NCBI GenBank assembly: GCA_963666215.2
Contig: CAXWPL010000004.1
Coordinates: 416,001-480,000 of the forward strand
Length of the DNA: 64,000 nucleotides
Direction of reading: 5' to 3'
Origin: Acidobacteriota bacterium
GTDB lineage: Bacteria > Acidobacteriota > UBA890 > WLXD01
Shown: positions 48,302 to 57,879 of the stretch, piece by piece
Numbering within the stretch: position 1 is the first letter of the stretch
Layout: every line of letters begins with the position of its first letter
The notes under the pieces: generated by a model
Told to the model about the DNA's origin: nothing
Database searches by the model: none
What the model saw: the letters and a program-made list of their open reading frames with translations, nothing else
Made by a program: the position numbers and the translations under genes

Positions 48302-49710
48302 GGGGATGTCACAGGCTCCGTTGAAAAAGGGTGACGGTGATCCGACCTCGATAGTGTGTCGGGGTCAATCCACTGGCATGGAGGATCACCGTCATGAGCA
48401 AGAGTCGCAGAACAGAGACAAGTAGGAAAGCGGAGCGCCAAGAGAACCCGCTCCTGGAGGCAGTGGTAGCGGCGCGATCGGATCTACGAGCGCTGGTCAT
48501 GGACGCGGGCTTCGGGGTGTTGGGTTCGCTGCTGGAAGAAGACCGGGCGGAGCTCTGCGGAGAGCGCTACGCGCGGTCACAGCAGCGGCGGGCGTACCGA
48601 CACGGCTACGACGAGGGCTCGCTGGTGATGGGCGGCCGGCGGGTCAAGGTACGCAAGCCGCGGGCTCGGAGCGTCGATGGCCAAGAGCTGCCGCTGCCGC
48701 ACTGGGAGAGGTTCAAGGCAACAGATCCGCTCGAAGAGCGCGCCGTAGAGCAGATCCTGTGCGGCGTCACGACGCGCAAGTACGAGCGCTCGTTAGAGCG
48801 GCTCGACGACGGGCGAGCTTCGTCGGGAACGAGTCGCTCGAGTGTGTCGCGGCGGTTCGTAGCGCGTACAGCCAAGCAGGTGCAGCAGTACCTGGCCCAA
48901 CCGCTCAATGAAGTGGACCTGCCGGTGCTGGTGATCGACGGCACGCACATGGGCAAGCACTTGTTGGTGATCGCCATGGGCATCGACGCGGACGGCGTCA
49001 AGCATGTGCTGGGTGTCGTAGAGGGCACCACGGAGAGCTCCCACGTGTGCCGGTCGCTGCTGCGGCAGTTGATCGAGCGCGGCATGCCCGTCGAACGGGC
49101 GCGGTTGGTGGTAATCGATGGCTCCAAGGGCCTCCGTAAAGCAGTGCGCGACACGTTCGGCGAGTGGGCCCTGATCCAGCGCTGCCGTGTCCACAAGATC
49201 AAGAATGTATTGGAGCATCTGCCAGGGCATATCCGGCCCTGGTTCGCAGCCAAGATCCGCAAGGCGTGGAAGGCGGAGACGGCCACGGCAGCGACCAAGC
49301 AGCTCGACGCCGTGGTCAAGGAGCTGGAGACCGATCACCCCGGTGCAGCGGCCTCGCTCAGAGAAGGAATGCAAGAGACGCTCACCGTCACTCGGCTCCG
49401 AGTTCAGGGGCCGCTGCTTCGAACGTTACGTTCAACGAATACGATCGAGAACCTGAACGGGACGATCAAACACGTCAGCCGCAACGTAAAGCGGTGGCGC
49501 TCCGGGAGCATGATCGTTCGATGGGCGGTTACTGCACTCATCGAGGCCGAGAGCAAGTTCCGGAGGGTTCGTGGCTACCGCGACATCGCCAAGCTCGATG
49601 CCGCACTCAACACCGCCGTCGACGTTCCCCTTGAGCAGGAGCGCCGTACTGCGTAACAATCCCCAACCACTTCACCGTCGCCTTAGTTCAACGGACGGTG
49701 GGACATCCCC
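48302..49710 (+). mobile_element. IS256-family insertion sequence
   Basis: Terminal inverted repeats GGGGATGTCACAGGCTCCGTTGAA / GGGGATGTCCCACCGTCCGTTGAA (20/24, with further GACGGTGA match); no clear target duplication. Confidence 0.9.
48394..49656 (+). CDS. IS256 (Mutator-family) transposase
   Basis: GVTTRKY, VIDG, VIDGSKGL, IQRCRVHK, STNTIENLN DDE motifs, FRRVRGY. Confidence 0.95.
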   Translation: MSKSRRTETSRKAERQENPLLEAVVAARSDLRALVMDAGFGVLGSLLEEDRAELCGERYARSQQRRAYRHGYDEGSLVMGGRRVKVRKPRARSVDGQELPLPHWERFKATDPLEERAVEQILCGVTTRKYERSLERLDDGRASSGTSRSSVSRRFVARTAKQVQQYLAQPLNEVDLPVLVIDGTHMGKHLLVIAMGIDADGVKHVLGVVEGTTESSHVCRSLLRQLIERGMPVERARLVVIDGSKGLRKAVRDTFGEWALIQRCRVHKIKNVLEHLPGHIRPWFAAKIRKAWKAETATAATKQLDAVVKELETDHPGAAASLREGMQETLTVTRLRVQGPLLRTLRSTNTIENLNGTIKHVSRNVKRWRSGSMIVRWAVTALIEAESKFRRVRGYRDIAKLDAALNTAVDVPLEQERRTA

Positions 49711-50267
49711 GCGCAGCTGGACGACCGGCGAGGCCACGTACTGGGATAACTATGGGGCCCCGTCAGCGGGCCCAGCTAGACCGGCACGAGACACTGAAGA
49801 GCCTCGGCCCCCGCAACCTAGAGGCACCGCCCGACTCGCCGCCGGCAAAGCTTTCGGCCCGCTGATCGACAGCACTTCCGAGCACAGCGCGCTCGCGCTG
49901 CCCTTCCTGCGGGACCAAAACTTTCTCCAGTTCCTCCGAGGGCACTCATTCCATTTATTTCTTGTTAGGCGGGACCCCCCGTACGGTTCGGCGGTCGTCG
50001 GACCTAGCTAGCTGGCCAGCCAAGCGATCGTTGGCGCCCAGCCAAGCCAACGCACGCAGTGTCTCCCAAGCCTGACCAAGTCAGGCTCTCGCTCGTAGAG
50101 CGGGTCGCGCGCTGTACGAATCTCTCAATGGCCTCGTCGGGCAACCCTAGTCCCCTCCGAGCTGAAGTGCACCCCGAGGAATTCGAAACCTTTCTCGATG
50201 CGGCCGATAATATATCTTGCTCGGATGCCTGTTCATGCCCACGCCTCAGGATTGAGCTAAGACACAG

Positions 50268-53200
50268 ATGCCAAGCTCTCGCCGCCGGCGCCTTGTTCTC
50301 GGAGCCCTCGCGCTCCTGGCCGCGCTGGCGATCAACAAGTGGTCGCTCGAGATCCTGTTCTCGCGGGATCTCCGCATCACCGACCTAGTCACGCTCGGGA
50401 CCATCTGGGGGTTCCAGCTCGTTGCGACGGTTTTCGGCGCGTGGCTCATTATCGGTAGACCCCAGCTGCCACGACCGCTGCGCGTGGCAGTCGATCACAA
50501 AGTGCTCGGCCCAGCCCTGATGGTGGCACTTGTGGGCGCGACGGCTTTCGGCGCGTACGTCGATGTCACTGCCTACGGGCTCTTGCGAAACGACCGCGAG
50601 ATGCTGCGCCCGACCGCCGAGATGGTGATGGCCGAGGAGGTCATCGCCGAGCTGCGGCCGCACATGCGCGGCGTTGCCCGAGCCCTGCGCAACCTGAGCC
50701 TGCCGGATCGAAGCTCACCGGGACTCTGGAGCGACGAGGTGGAGGTCATCGATCTCGAGGCCGGACACACGCAGCTCATCGACAAGCGCCTCGCGCTGCA
50801 GCAGACGGCCATGCACGCCGCCGATCGCACGGCGGGTTCGCCGCAGGAGCTCGAGCTGTGGAGCCAACTGTTCGCGGACGTGGCGTGGATCGACAGCGCC
50901 GAAACCCATGTGGCGAGCGGTGAGTTCCTCGACGAGGCGCGCCTGCGGTTCCGGACCCTCGTCGACTTCGAGGCCTTGGCGCAACTGTTGGACGGCAGGT
51001 CGGCGACGTTGCGCGGCGAGATCCGGATCGGCTGGCAACGTGATGCCCCTGGAGCGGCCTGGCGCATCGAGCTCTTCGAGACGATCGAGCTGGAGCAGCT
51101 CGCCGCGGCATCGAGCCTGTTCCGCGACGTGATCCCCGAGGTGCTCCCCGACCCTGCCACTCTGCAAGCGGCAACCCGCTCGCTGCATGATGAGCTCACG
51201 GCGGACAGTATTCGCAGCAACGTGGCGGGAGAAAGGAACCGCTTTTCGATCGCGCCGACGCTCGTGCATCCGTCGGTTGCGGTCGTCGACATCGACGCCG
51301 ACGGCTGGGACGACCTCTACTTCATGCCGGCTTGGGGCAAGAATCTACTGCTCCGGAATCGCGGTGATGGCACGTTCGAAGACGTCGCGCCCGCACTGGG
51401 TCTCGACCTCGAAGGCACGGTGGCAGCCCTGTTCGCCGACTACGACAACGACGGCGACGCCGACGTCTTCATCTCGGCAGGACGGGACTCGGCTCGCTAC
51501 CTCCGCAACGATGCGGGTCGTTTCGTCGACCGTTCGGTGCTGGCCGACGGTGCGCCTCTGCCACGACAGGTCACATCGATGTCGGTGGCCGACTTCGACG
51601 GAGACGGCCTGCTCGACGTTTACATGGCTACCTACGCCGCCGGGCCGGTGGATCTGTCGGTTGGCGCGCGGCTTCTGACCTCGGCGCTGGAGGGCGCCGA
51701 ACGGCCCGGCGCCCTCAATCGTGGCGGGCCACCGAACGTGCTGCTGCGCAATGTGGACGGATCCAACTTCGAGCGTGTAGGCGAGGAGACGATTCCTACC
51801 GTACGGCGCTGGAGCTTCCAGGGAACCTGGGGCGATTTCGATGCCGACGGCGACGCGGATCTGTACGTTGCCAACGACTACGCGCCCGACAACTTGTTGG
51901 AGAACCGAGCCGGCCGGCTGGTCGACATCAGTGAGGCCGCGGGCATCGACCGGCGCGGCTTCGGTATGGGCGCGAGCTGGGGAGACTTCGATCAGGACGG
52001 CTGGCTCGATCTGTACATCACCAACATGTCGAGCCACTCGGGGGCCCGCATCACCGCCCGCTTCCCACAGCTCCCCGAGGCCTACAAGGAAGCGGCGCGC
52101 GGCAACTGGCTGCTGCGCAGCGTTACGAATCCAGAAACCGCTCCTTCGTCGCCGGTGAGGCGATTCGAGAAGGTCTCGTCGATCGACGGCACCGGCTACC
52201 CCGTACAAGAAGCGGGCTGGGGGTGGGGTTCGCAGTTCGTCGACCTCGACAACGACGGCGACCTCGACATCTACGCCCCGGCCGGGTACTACACGGCGCC
52301 GCCGTCGGTGGCGACCGATGTCGACACGTGACCCACGCTCTGGCGCTCGGTCGTGCGCGGGGCAGCGAATCACTCGAGGCGAGAGCCAGAAGAGAGACGC
52401 GGGATCGCCGTCCAGCTTCGCGAGGGCGCCTCGTATAGCGGCCGCGAGCGCAACCGCGTGTTCCTCAATCAGCTCGACGAGCCCGGTCGCGACTTCTGCG
52501 AGCTTGGCGGGGTGTCGGGAGCCGACGACATCGGCGACACGCGCTCGTTCTCCAGGCTCGACTACAACCGCGACGGTGCCCCCGACCTCGCGCTCGCCAA
52601 CCTCAATCGCCCGGTTACACGACTGCTGCGCAACGAGATCGCGCCCGACAAGCTCGGCGGCTACGTCGCCATTCGGCTCGAGGGAGGCAATCGGCAGGCG
52701 GCAACGAGCTCGGAATGGAGCACGCGCGACGCTTGTGGAGCACGAATCGAGATCGAGCGCAGCGACGACGTGCTACTGGTGCGCGAGCACCGCTGCGGCG
52801 AGGGTTTTGCCGGGCAGAATTCAAGCACCGTGATCGTCGGCCTTGGAGAGCACGACGCACACTCGCTGACCGTGACCTGGCCCTCCGGCAAGCAGCAGCG
52901 TTCGACCTCCGTGTCGGCCGGCGACCTGGTGACGGTCTACGAGAACCCGGAGCACGCCCCGACCGGCGATGCATTCGTTCACACGCGCTACGCCGTGCCG
53001 CTGCCAGCGTCGCCGCGCCGGGCGAAAGCGAACGATCTCGGCTCGCCTCCGCTGCCTGGGGCCGTTGTGCAAGAATTGACGCGAGGCGCGCGCCTGACGT
53101 TGCTGACCACCATGGCAACCTGGTGCATCGCCTGCCAGCACGACGTGCCACAGCTCGAGCTGCTGCTGGAGCGTTTCTCCGACAGCGAGCTCAACATTGT

Positions 53201-53439
53201 CGGCCTTCCCATCGAACCCACCGACGATGACGCCAAGCTCGCCGCCTGGGTGGAGCAGTTCCAACCACCCTACGAGCTCGTTACCGAGCTGACGGCCGAC
53301 GAGCGCACCGCGGTGATGGCGAGCGTTGCCGAGCTCACCGGCTACGTTTCTTGTTGACGAGCACGGCACGCTGATCGCCGTGCAGCTCGGTGTGCCAACC
53401 GTGTCCGACATCCGCCGACATCTGGGAATCAAACCGTGA
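50268..53439 (+). CDS. Membrane-anchored FG-GAP/VCBS (CRTAC1-like) - ASPIC/UnbV - TlpA-like thioredoxin protein with in-frame UGA at 52329-52331 (candidate Sec) and a small frameshift near 53340
   Basis: Six D(I/Y/F/L)DxDGxxD repeats before the UGA; after it LWRSVV...SYSGRERNRVF, a further DYNRDGAPDL repeat, DACGARIEI...GEGFAGQNS...VTWPSG (UnbV) and MATWCIAC; shifted tail PATFLVDEHG...GVPTVSDIRR ends at TGA 53439. Confidence 0.8.
52337..52363 (+). promoter_or_regulatory. Putative bacterial SECIS element
   Basis: GCUCU-g-GCGC-u-C[GGUC]G-u-GCGC-GGGGC hairpin; upper stem starts 11 nt after the UGA, loop GGUC at +18..+21. Confidence 0.55.
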
Positions 53440-54398
53440 TCGAGCTTTCTCGCGACGACTTCGCCCAGGCCTACGAGCGCGTTTCGCCGCACGTCTATCG
53501 CACACCGATGCTGACGTCGCGGCTGCTGAGCGAGCACACCGGCTTCGATATTCGGCTCAAGGCCGAGCTGTTCCAGCGCGGCGGCTCGTACAAGGTGCGC
53601 GGGCCGATGAACAAGTTCAGCTACCTGAGCGACGAGCAGAAGGCGCGCGGAGTGGTTTGCTCGTCGGCCGGCAACCACGCGCAGGGGGTGGCGCTGGCCG
53701 CCAAGCTGCACGGCATCCGAGCCGTGGTCTGCATGGCCGAGAACGCCACCCAGTCGAAGATCGACGCCACCGAAGGCTACGGTGCCGAGGTCGTGCTGCA
53801 CGGCCAGATTTGGGACGAGGCCAACGAAAAGGCGCTCGAGATTGTCGAGAAGGAAGGGCTGACCTACATCCATCCATTCGACGATCCGCAGCTCATCGCC
53901 GGTCAGGGCACCGTGGGCTGGGAGATCTACCACGACTGGCCGGAAGTCGAAGTGGCGATCGTGCCGATTGGCGGCGGCGGGCTGATTTCCGGCACCTCGA
54001 TGGCACTCAAGTCGCTCAACCCGGATATCCGCGTGATCGGCGTCGAGTCGTCGGGCGCGCCGGCGATGCAGCGCAGCGTCGAGGCCGGCGAGCTGGTGAC
54101 GCTCGAAGAGGTCGACTGTGTGATCGACGGCCTGCGCGTGAAGCGAGTGGGGCAGCACACCTTCTCGGTGGTACAGCGCTTCGTCGACGAGATCGTTACC
54201 CTCCCCGACGAGCAGATTTTCGAGGCCCTGATCTGGACGATGGCGCACTGCAAGGTAACGCCCGAGGGCGCGGCCGCGGCCCCAGTGGGCGCGTTGCTCC
54301 AAGGACTGATCGACGCGCCCGCCGGCTCGAAGGTGGTCTGCGTCCTGAGCGGCGGCAATCTGGGCCTGGACCAACTGCGCGGACTGAGCTGGAACTGA
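53436..54398 (+). CDS. PLP-dependent threonine/serine dehydratase (short form, no ACT domain)
   Basis: LKAELFQRGGSYKVRG, SAGNHAQG, HPFDD, GQGT, PIGGGGLISG, SGGN. Confidence 0.92.
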   Translation: MIELSRDDFAQAYERVSPHVYRTPMLTSRLLSEHTGFDIRLKAELFQRGGSYKVRGPMNKFSYLSDEQKARGVVCSSAGNHAQGVALAAKLHGIRAVVCMAENATQSKIDATEGYGAEVVLHGQIWDEANEKALEIVEKEGLTYIHPFDDPQLIAGQGTVGWEIYHDWPEVEVAIVPIGGGGLISGTSMALKSLNPDIRVIGVESSGAPAMQRSVEAGELVTLEEVDCVIDGLRVKRVGQHTFSVVQRFVDEIVTLPDEQIFEALIWTMAHCKVTPEGAAAAPVGALLQGLIDAPAGSKVVCVLSGGNLGLDQLRGLSWN

Positions 54399-54580
54399 GC
54401 TCGGCCAGCTCGGGCACCTCGGTCCGGCTCCCCACCCGGAAACCGGATCGCCGCGCCCGTCTCTTTCTAAGAGAGGCCCCGTTCGCAGGCATTTGCACGC
54501 CGACCGGGCGAACGACGCAAGATCCCGAGAGCGCACAAAAGGCGCGGGGAAAACTTGTGATGACGTTATATGATGTCGGC

Positions 54581-54808
54581 ATGAGAACGATCGTGGAACT
54601 GCCCAACCGTCAGCTGGATGCGCTCGCGGCGATCTGTCGCGCGGAGAAAATCTCTCGTGCGGAGGCCATCCGCCGCGCTATCGATTCCTGGATCGAGACT
54701 GTCCCATCCGAAGCGGTCGAAGCCTTCGGACTATGGCGCGAACGCGGTATCGATGCGCTGCAGTACGAGGCCTCACTCCGGGCCGAGTGGGACCGGCCGG
54801 AGTCGTGA
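54581..54808 (+). CDS. vapB: RHH/CopG antitoxin
   Basis: MRTIVELP..QLDALAAIC....ISRAEAIRRAI...AFGLW...LRAEW. Confidence 0.85.
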   Translation: MRTIVELPNRQLDALAAICRAEKISRAEAIRRAIDSWIETVPSEAVEAFGLWRERGIDALQYEASLRAEWDRPES

Positions 54809-55170
54809 GAGTCGTCTTCGACACGAACGTGCTCATCGACTACCTCAACGGCGTTCCACAAGCGAAAGAGGAAATCGCACGCTACAAGAAACGGTATGTC
54901 AGCATCGCGACCTGGATGGAGGTGCTGGCCGGTGCCCGCGATGGCGCAGAGATGGACCTGCTGCGTGTCTTCCTTGCAGGTTTCGAGATTGTGGAGCTCG
55001 ACCGGCCGATCGCCGAAGCGGCGATTGAGCTACGGAGGACGCACCGTGTTCGACTTCCCGATGTCATCATTTGGGCGACGGCTCGAACGCTGGACGGGCT
55101 CCTCGTTACACGCAACACGCGCGACTTCCCGGAACGTGACCCCGACGTCCGCGTCCCCTATCGCCTGTAA
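54805..55170 (+). CDS. vapC: VapC PIN-domain toxin
   Basis: VVFDTNVLIDYL, WMEVLAG, LPDVIIWATA, LVTRNTRDF. Confidence 0.92.
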   Translation: MRVVFDTNVLIDYLNGVPQAKEEIARYKKRYVSIATWMEVLAGARDGAEMDLLRVFLAGFEIVELDRPIAEAAIELRRTHRVRLPDVIIWATARTLDGLLVTRNTRDFPERDPDVRVPYRL

Positions 55171-55191
55171 GTCGGTCCCTCGACTACGCGA

Positions 55192-57375
55192 ATGAACACG
55201 ACGCTTCCGTTCGATACTGGGCAGTCCCACGCCGACGTCATCGAGGTTGTGCGTCGGTACTGGGGCTTCGAGATGCTGCGGCCGCTGCAGGCCGAGGCGG
55301 TGCGTGCCGGACTCGATCGCCGCGACTCGCTGGTAGTGCTGCCGACCGGCGGTGGCAAGTCGCTGTGTTATCAGGTGCCGCCGTTGTTGGCCGGGCGAAC
55401 CGACATTGTGGTGTCGCCGCTGATCTCTCTGATGAAGGACCAGGTTGACGGCCTGCGCGCCAACGGATATCCGGCGGCCGCCGTGCACAGCGGGCTCGAC
55501 CGGCAAGAGCGCGCCGAGGCCGAGCGCTTTATTGCGTCGGGCGACTGTCGACTGGCGTTCGTGTCGCCGGAGCGCCTGGTGACATCGTGGTTTCTGCAGA
55601 CCGTCGAGCGACTGGGCATTCGCTCGTTCGCGGTGGACGAGGCGCATTGCATTAGCCACTGGGGTCACGATTTCCGGCCCGAGTACCGGCAGCTGGCGGT
55701 GCTCAAGGAACGCATCCCCGGCGCCAGCGTGCACGCCTACACCGCCACCGCGACGCCGCGCGTTCGCGACGACATCGTGGCGCAGCTCGGGCTCGAGGAC
55801 GCCCAGGTGCTGGTGGGACGCTTCGACCGGCCGAATCTCACCTACCGACTGGTGCCGCGGCTCGACCTGCGAGCCCAGGTGGAAGAGATTCTGGCTCGGC
55901 ATACGAACCAGGCGGCCATCATCTACTGCATCAGCCGCAAGGACACCGAGAAGCTCGCCGAGCATCTCATCAAGCGCGGTCACCGCGCCGCCTGCTACCA
56001 CGCCGGTCTCGAGCCAGCCGTTCGCCGCCGCACGCAGGAGGCGTTCACCAACGAACAGATGGACGTGGTCGCCGCGACGGTGGCGTTCGGCATGGGCATC
56101 GATCGCAGCGATGTGCGGTGCGTCATCCATGCCGCGATGCCCAAGTCGATCGAGCACTACCAACAGGAGACGGGCCGCGCGGGTCGTGATGGCCTCGAGG
56201 CCGAGTGCGTGCTGCTCAACTCTCCGGCCGACGCGGTGCGCTGGCGACAGTTGCTGGAGCGCAACGCGCAGGAAAACGTGCCGGCTGCGTCTGGCGTCTC
56301 GGGCATTTCCGATAGCGAGCCGCCGCCGCCCGACCTCTACGACGCCGACGACCCCGGAATCGCGCAGGAAGAGCCTCCGTATCCTTATGAAGAGCCTCAT
56401 GAAGAGCCTCTCGATGGAGGGCCTGTGGATGAAGGGCCTCTCGACCACGACGCGGCGATCCCGCGAGTTGTGGTGGCACGCGAGAGCAAGCTCAGGGCCG
56501 TGACGCCGCCAGCCACGGGGGTCGACCCACAGAAGGCCGCGCTGGAGCTGCTCGACCAGATGCGGCGCTTCTGCACCCCCGGCACCTGCCGCCACCAGGC
56601 GCTGTCGGAGTACTTCGGCCAGACGTACGAGCCCCCGTGCAGCTCCGAGGCTATCGACACCCACGCCGACGGCGATGACGACGACGCTGGCGTCCAGATC
56701 GCCGAAGGCTGTGGCGCCTGCGACGTTTGCCTCGGGGAAACCGACGGCTGGGTGGACGGCACTCGCGACGCCCAGATGGTGCTGTCTTGCGTGGCTCGTC
56801 TCGGCCAGATGGGCACCGCGTACGGCATGAACCACGTGGTCGATGTGCTGCGCGGCGCCGACACCCAGTCGATCCGTTCGCGCGGCCACAACACACTCTC
56901 GACCTGGGGCGTGATGTCGGCAAAGGGACGCAAGGAGTTGCTGCATCTGACCTTCCAGCTCATCGACCAGGCGGTGCTCGAGCGCAGCGACGGCGAGTAC
57001 CCGGTGCTGACGCTCAACGACCGCTCGCTCGAGGTACTGCGCGGCGAGCGCACCGTGCGGCTCGCCCCGGTGCGCGTCCGAGCCGCCAAGACCTCTGCGC
57101 GTGACGCGGCGTCGTGGCACGGCGTCGATGTCGATCTGTTCGAGCGCCTGCGCGGACTTCGCACCGAGATCGCGCGCGCCCGCGACGTGCCGCCCTACCT
57201 CATCTTCAACGACGCCAGCCTGCGCGACATGGCCAGCAGCCGTCCCGAGACTCCACAAGAATTCCTCGCCATCCACGGCGTGGGCGACAAGAAGCTTGCC
57301 GACTTCGGTGAGACTTTCCTCGCCTGCATTGCCGGAGCGCCCGAGTCGATCGAGACCGCCAGCGACACCGCCTAG
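55192..57375 (+). CDS. recQ: ATP-dependent DNA helicase RecQ
   Basis: PTGGGKSLCYQ, DEAHCISHWGHDFRPEY, TAT, QETGRAGRDG, Zn (CRH...YFG...CGACDVC), RQC and HRDC domains. Confidence 0.96.
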   Translation: MNTTLPFDTGQSHADVIEVVRRYWGFEMLRPLQAEAVRAGLDRRDSLVVLPTGGGKSLCYQVPPLLAGRTDIVVSPLISLMKDQVDGLRANGYPAAAVHSGLDRQERAEAERFIASGDCRLAFVSPERLVTSWFLQTVERLGIRSFAVDEAHCISHWGHDFRPEYRQLAVLKERIPGASVHAYTATATPRVRDDIVAQLGLEDAQVLVGRFDRPNLTYRLVPRLDLRAQVEEILARHTNQAAIIYCISRKDTEKLAEHLIKRGHRAACYHAGLEPAVRRRTQEAFTNEQMDVVAATVAFGMGIDRSDVRCVIHAAMPKSIEHYQQETGRAGRDGLEAECVLLNSPADAVRWRQLLERNAQENVPAASGVSGISDSEPPPPDLYDADDPGIAQEEPPYPYEEPHEEPLDGGPVDEGPLDHDAAIPRVVVARESKLRAVTPPATGVDPQKAALELLDQMRRFCTPGTCRHQALSEYFGQTYEPPCSSEAIDTHADGDDDDAGVQIAEGCGACDVCLGETDGWVDGTRDAQMVLSCVARLGQMGTAYGMNHVVDVLRGADTQSIRSRGHNTLSTWGVMSAKGRKELLHLTFQLIDQAVLERSDGEYPVLTLNDRSLEVLRGERTVRLAPVRVRAAKTSARDAASWHGVDVDLFERLRGLRTEIARARDVPPYLIFNDASLRDMASSRPETPQEFLAIHGVGDKKLADFGETFLACIAGAPESIETASDTA

Positions 57376-57387
57376 CGTCGACTCTGG

Positions 57388-57707
57388 CTAGCGCCGGCCG
57401 ATCGCGAACAGGTGCCGGTCGCCGCGCACGTACATGCGGCCGTTGGCGATCGCGGGCGACGCCCAGAGCGACTCGCCCATCGAGTTGGTCGCCAGCACCT
57501 CGTGCTCGGGCCCGGCGCGGACCACGAACATGTCGCCGTCTTGCCCCGACAGCACGATGTTGCTGCCGAACGCAACGGGTGACGCTACAAAGCGCGTCGG
57601 CAGTGGCACGCGGCCGCCGTGCCGCTGATCGCGATCGCCGGAATGGCAACAAGCACCGCCGCCACAGCAGCAACGAGCGCGGCGCCGTTGGAACGGCTGA
57701 AACTCAT
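57388..57707 (-). pseudogene. PQQ-binding-like beta-propeller protein with a large internal deletion
   Basis: Signal-peptide start MSFSRSNGAALVAAVAAVLVAIPAIA (ATG 57707) joined out of frame to the family C-terminus ASPVAFG...GDMFVVRAGPEHEVLATNSMGE..ASPAIANGRMYVRGDRHLFAIG. Confidence 0.7.
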
Positions 57708-57879
57708 GCCCCTCTGTTCGTATCGGATCACACGCTTCCTCCCGAGCCGCTGAGCTCCCGTTTCGACCTCTTTCGATCAATCTCGATCGACTGCTATTGT
57801 CGAGTCTCGACGCGACCGCGGAACAGTACTTGATTCGAACCTACCCGTCGTCGGATCCGATTCGGACGGCCTCGCTCGA

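Noticed and set aside
53352-53357. 'SC-TGA' end of the thioredoxin ORF as a second Sec site
   Set aside because: Family-like sequence (PATFLVDEHG...GVPTVSD) continues in a different frame, which indicates a frameshift rather than readthrough.
55030-57276. Long antisense ORFs (748 aa opposite recQ; also 58818-60635, 52821-54536, 20361-21740, 40508-41761)
   Set aside because: Shadow ORFs expected from high GC3 codon bias; no recognisable motifs.
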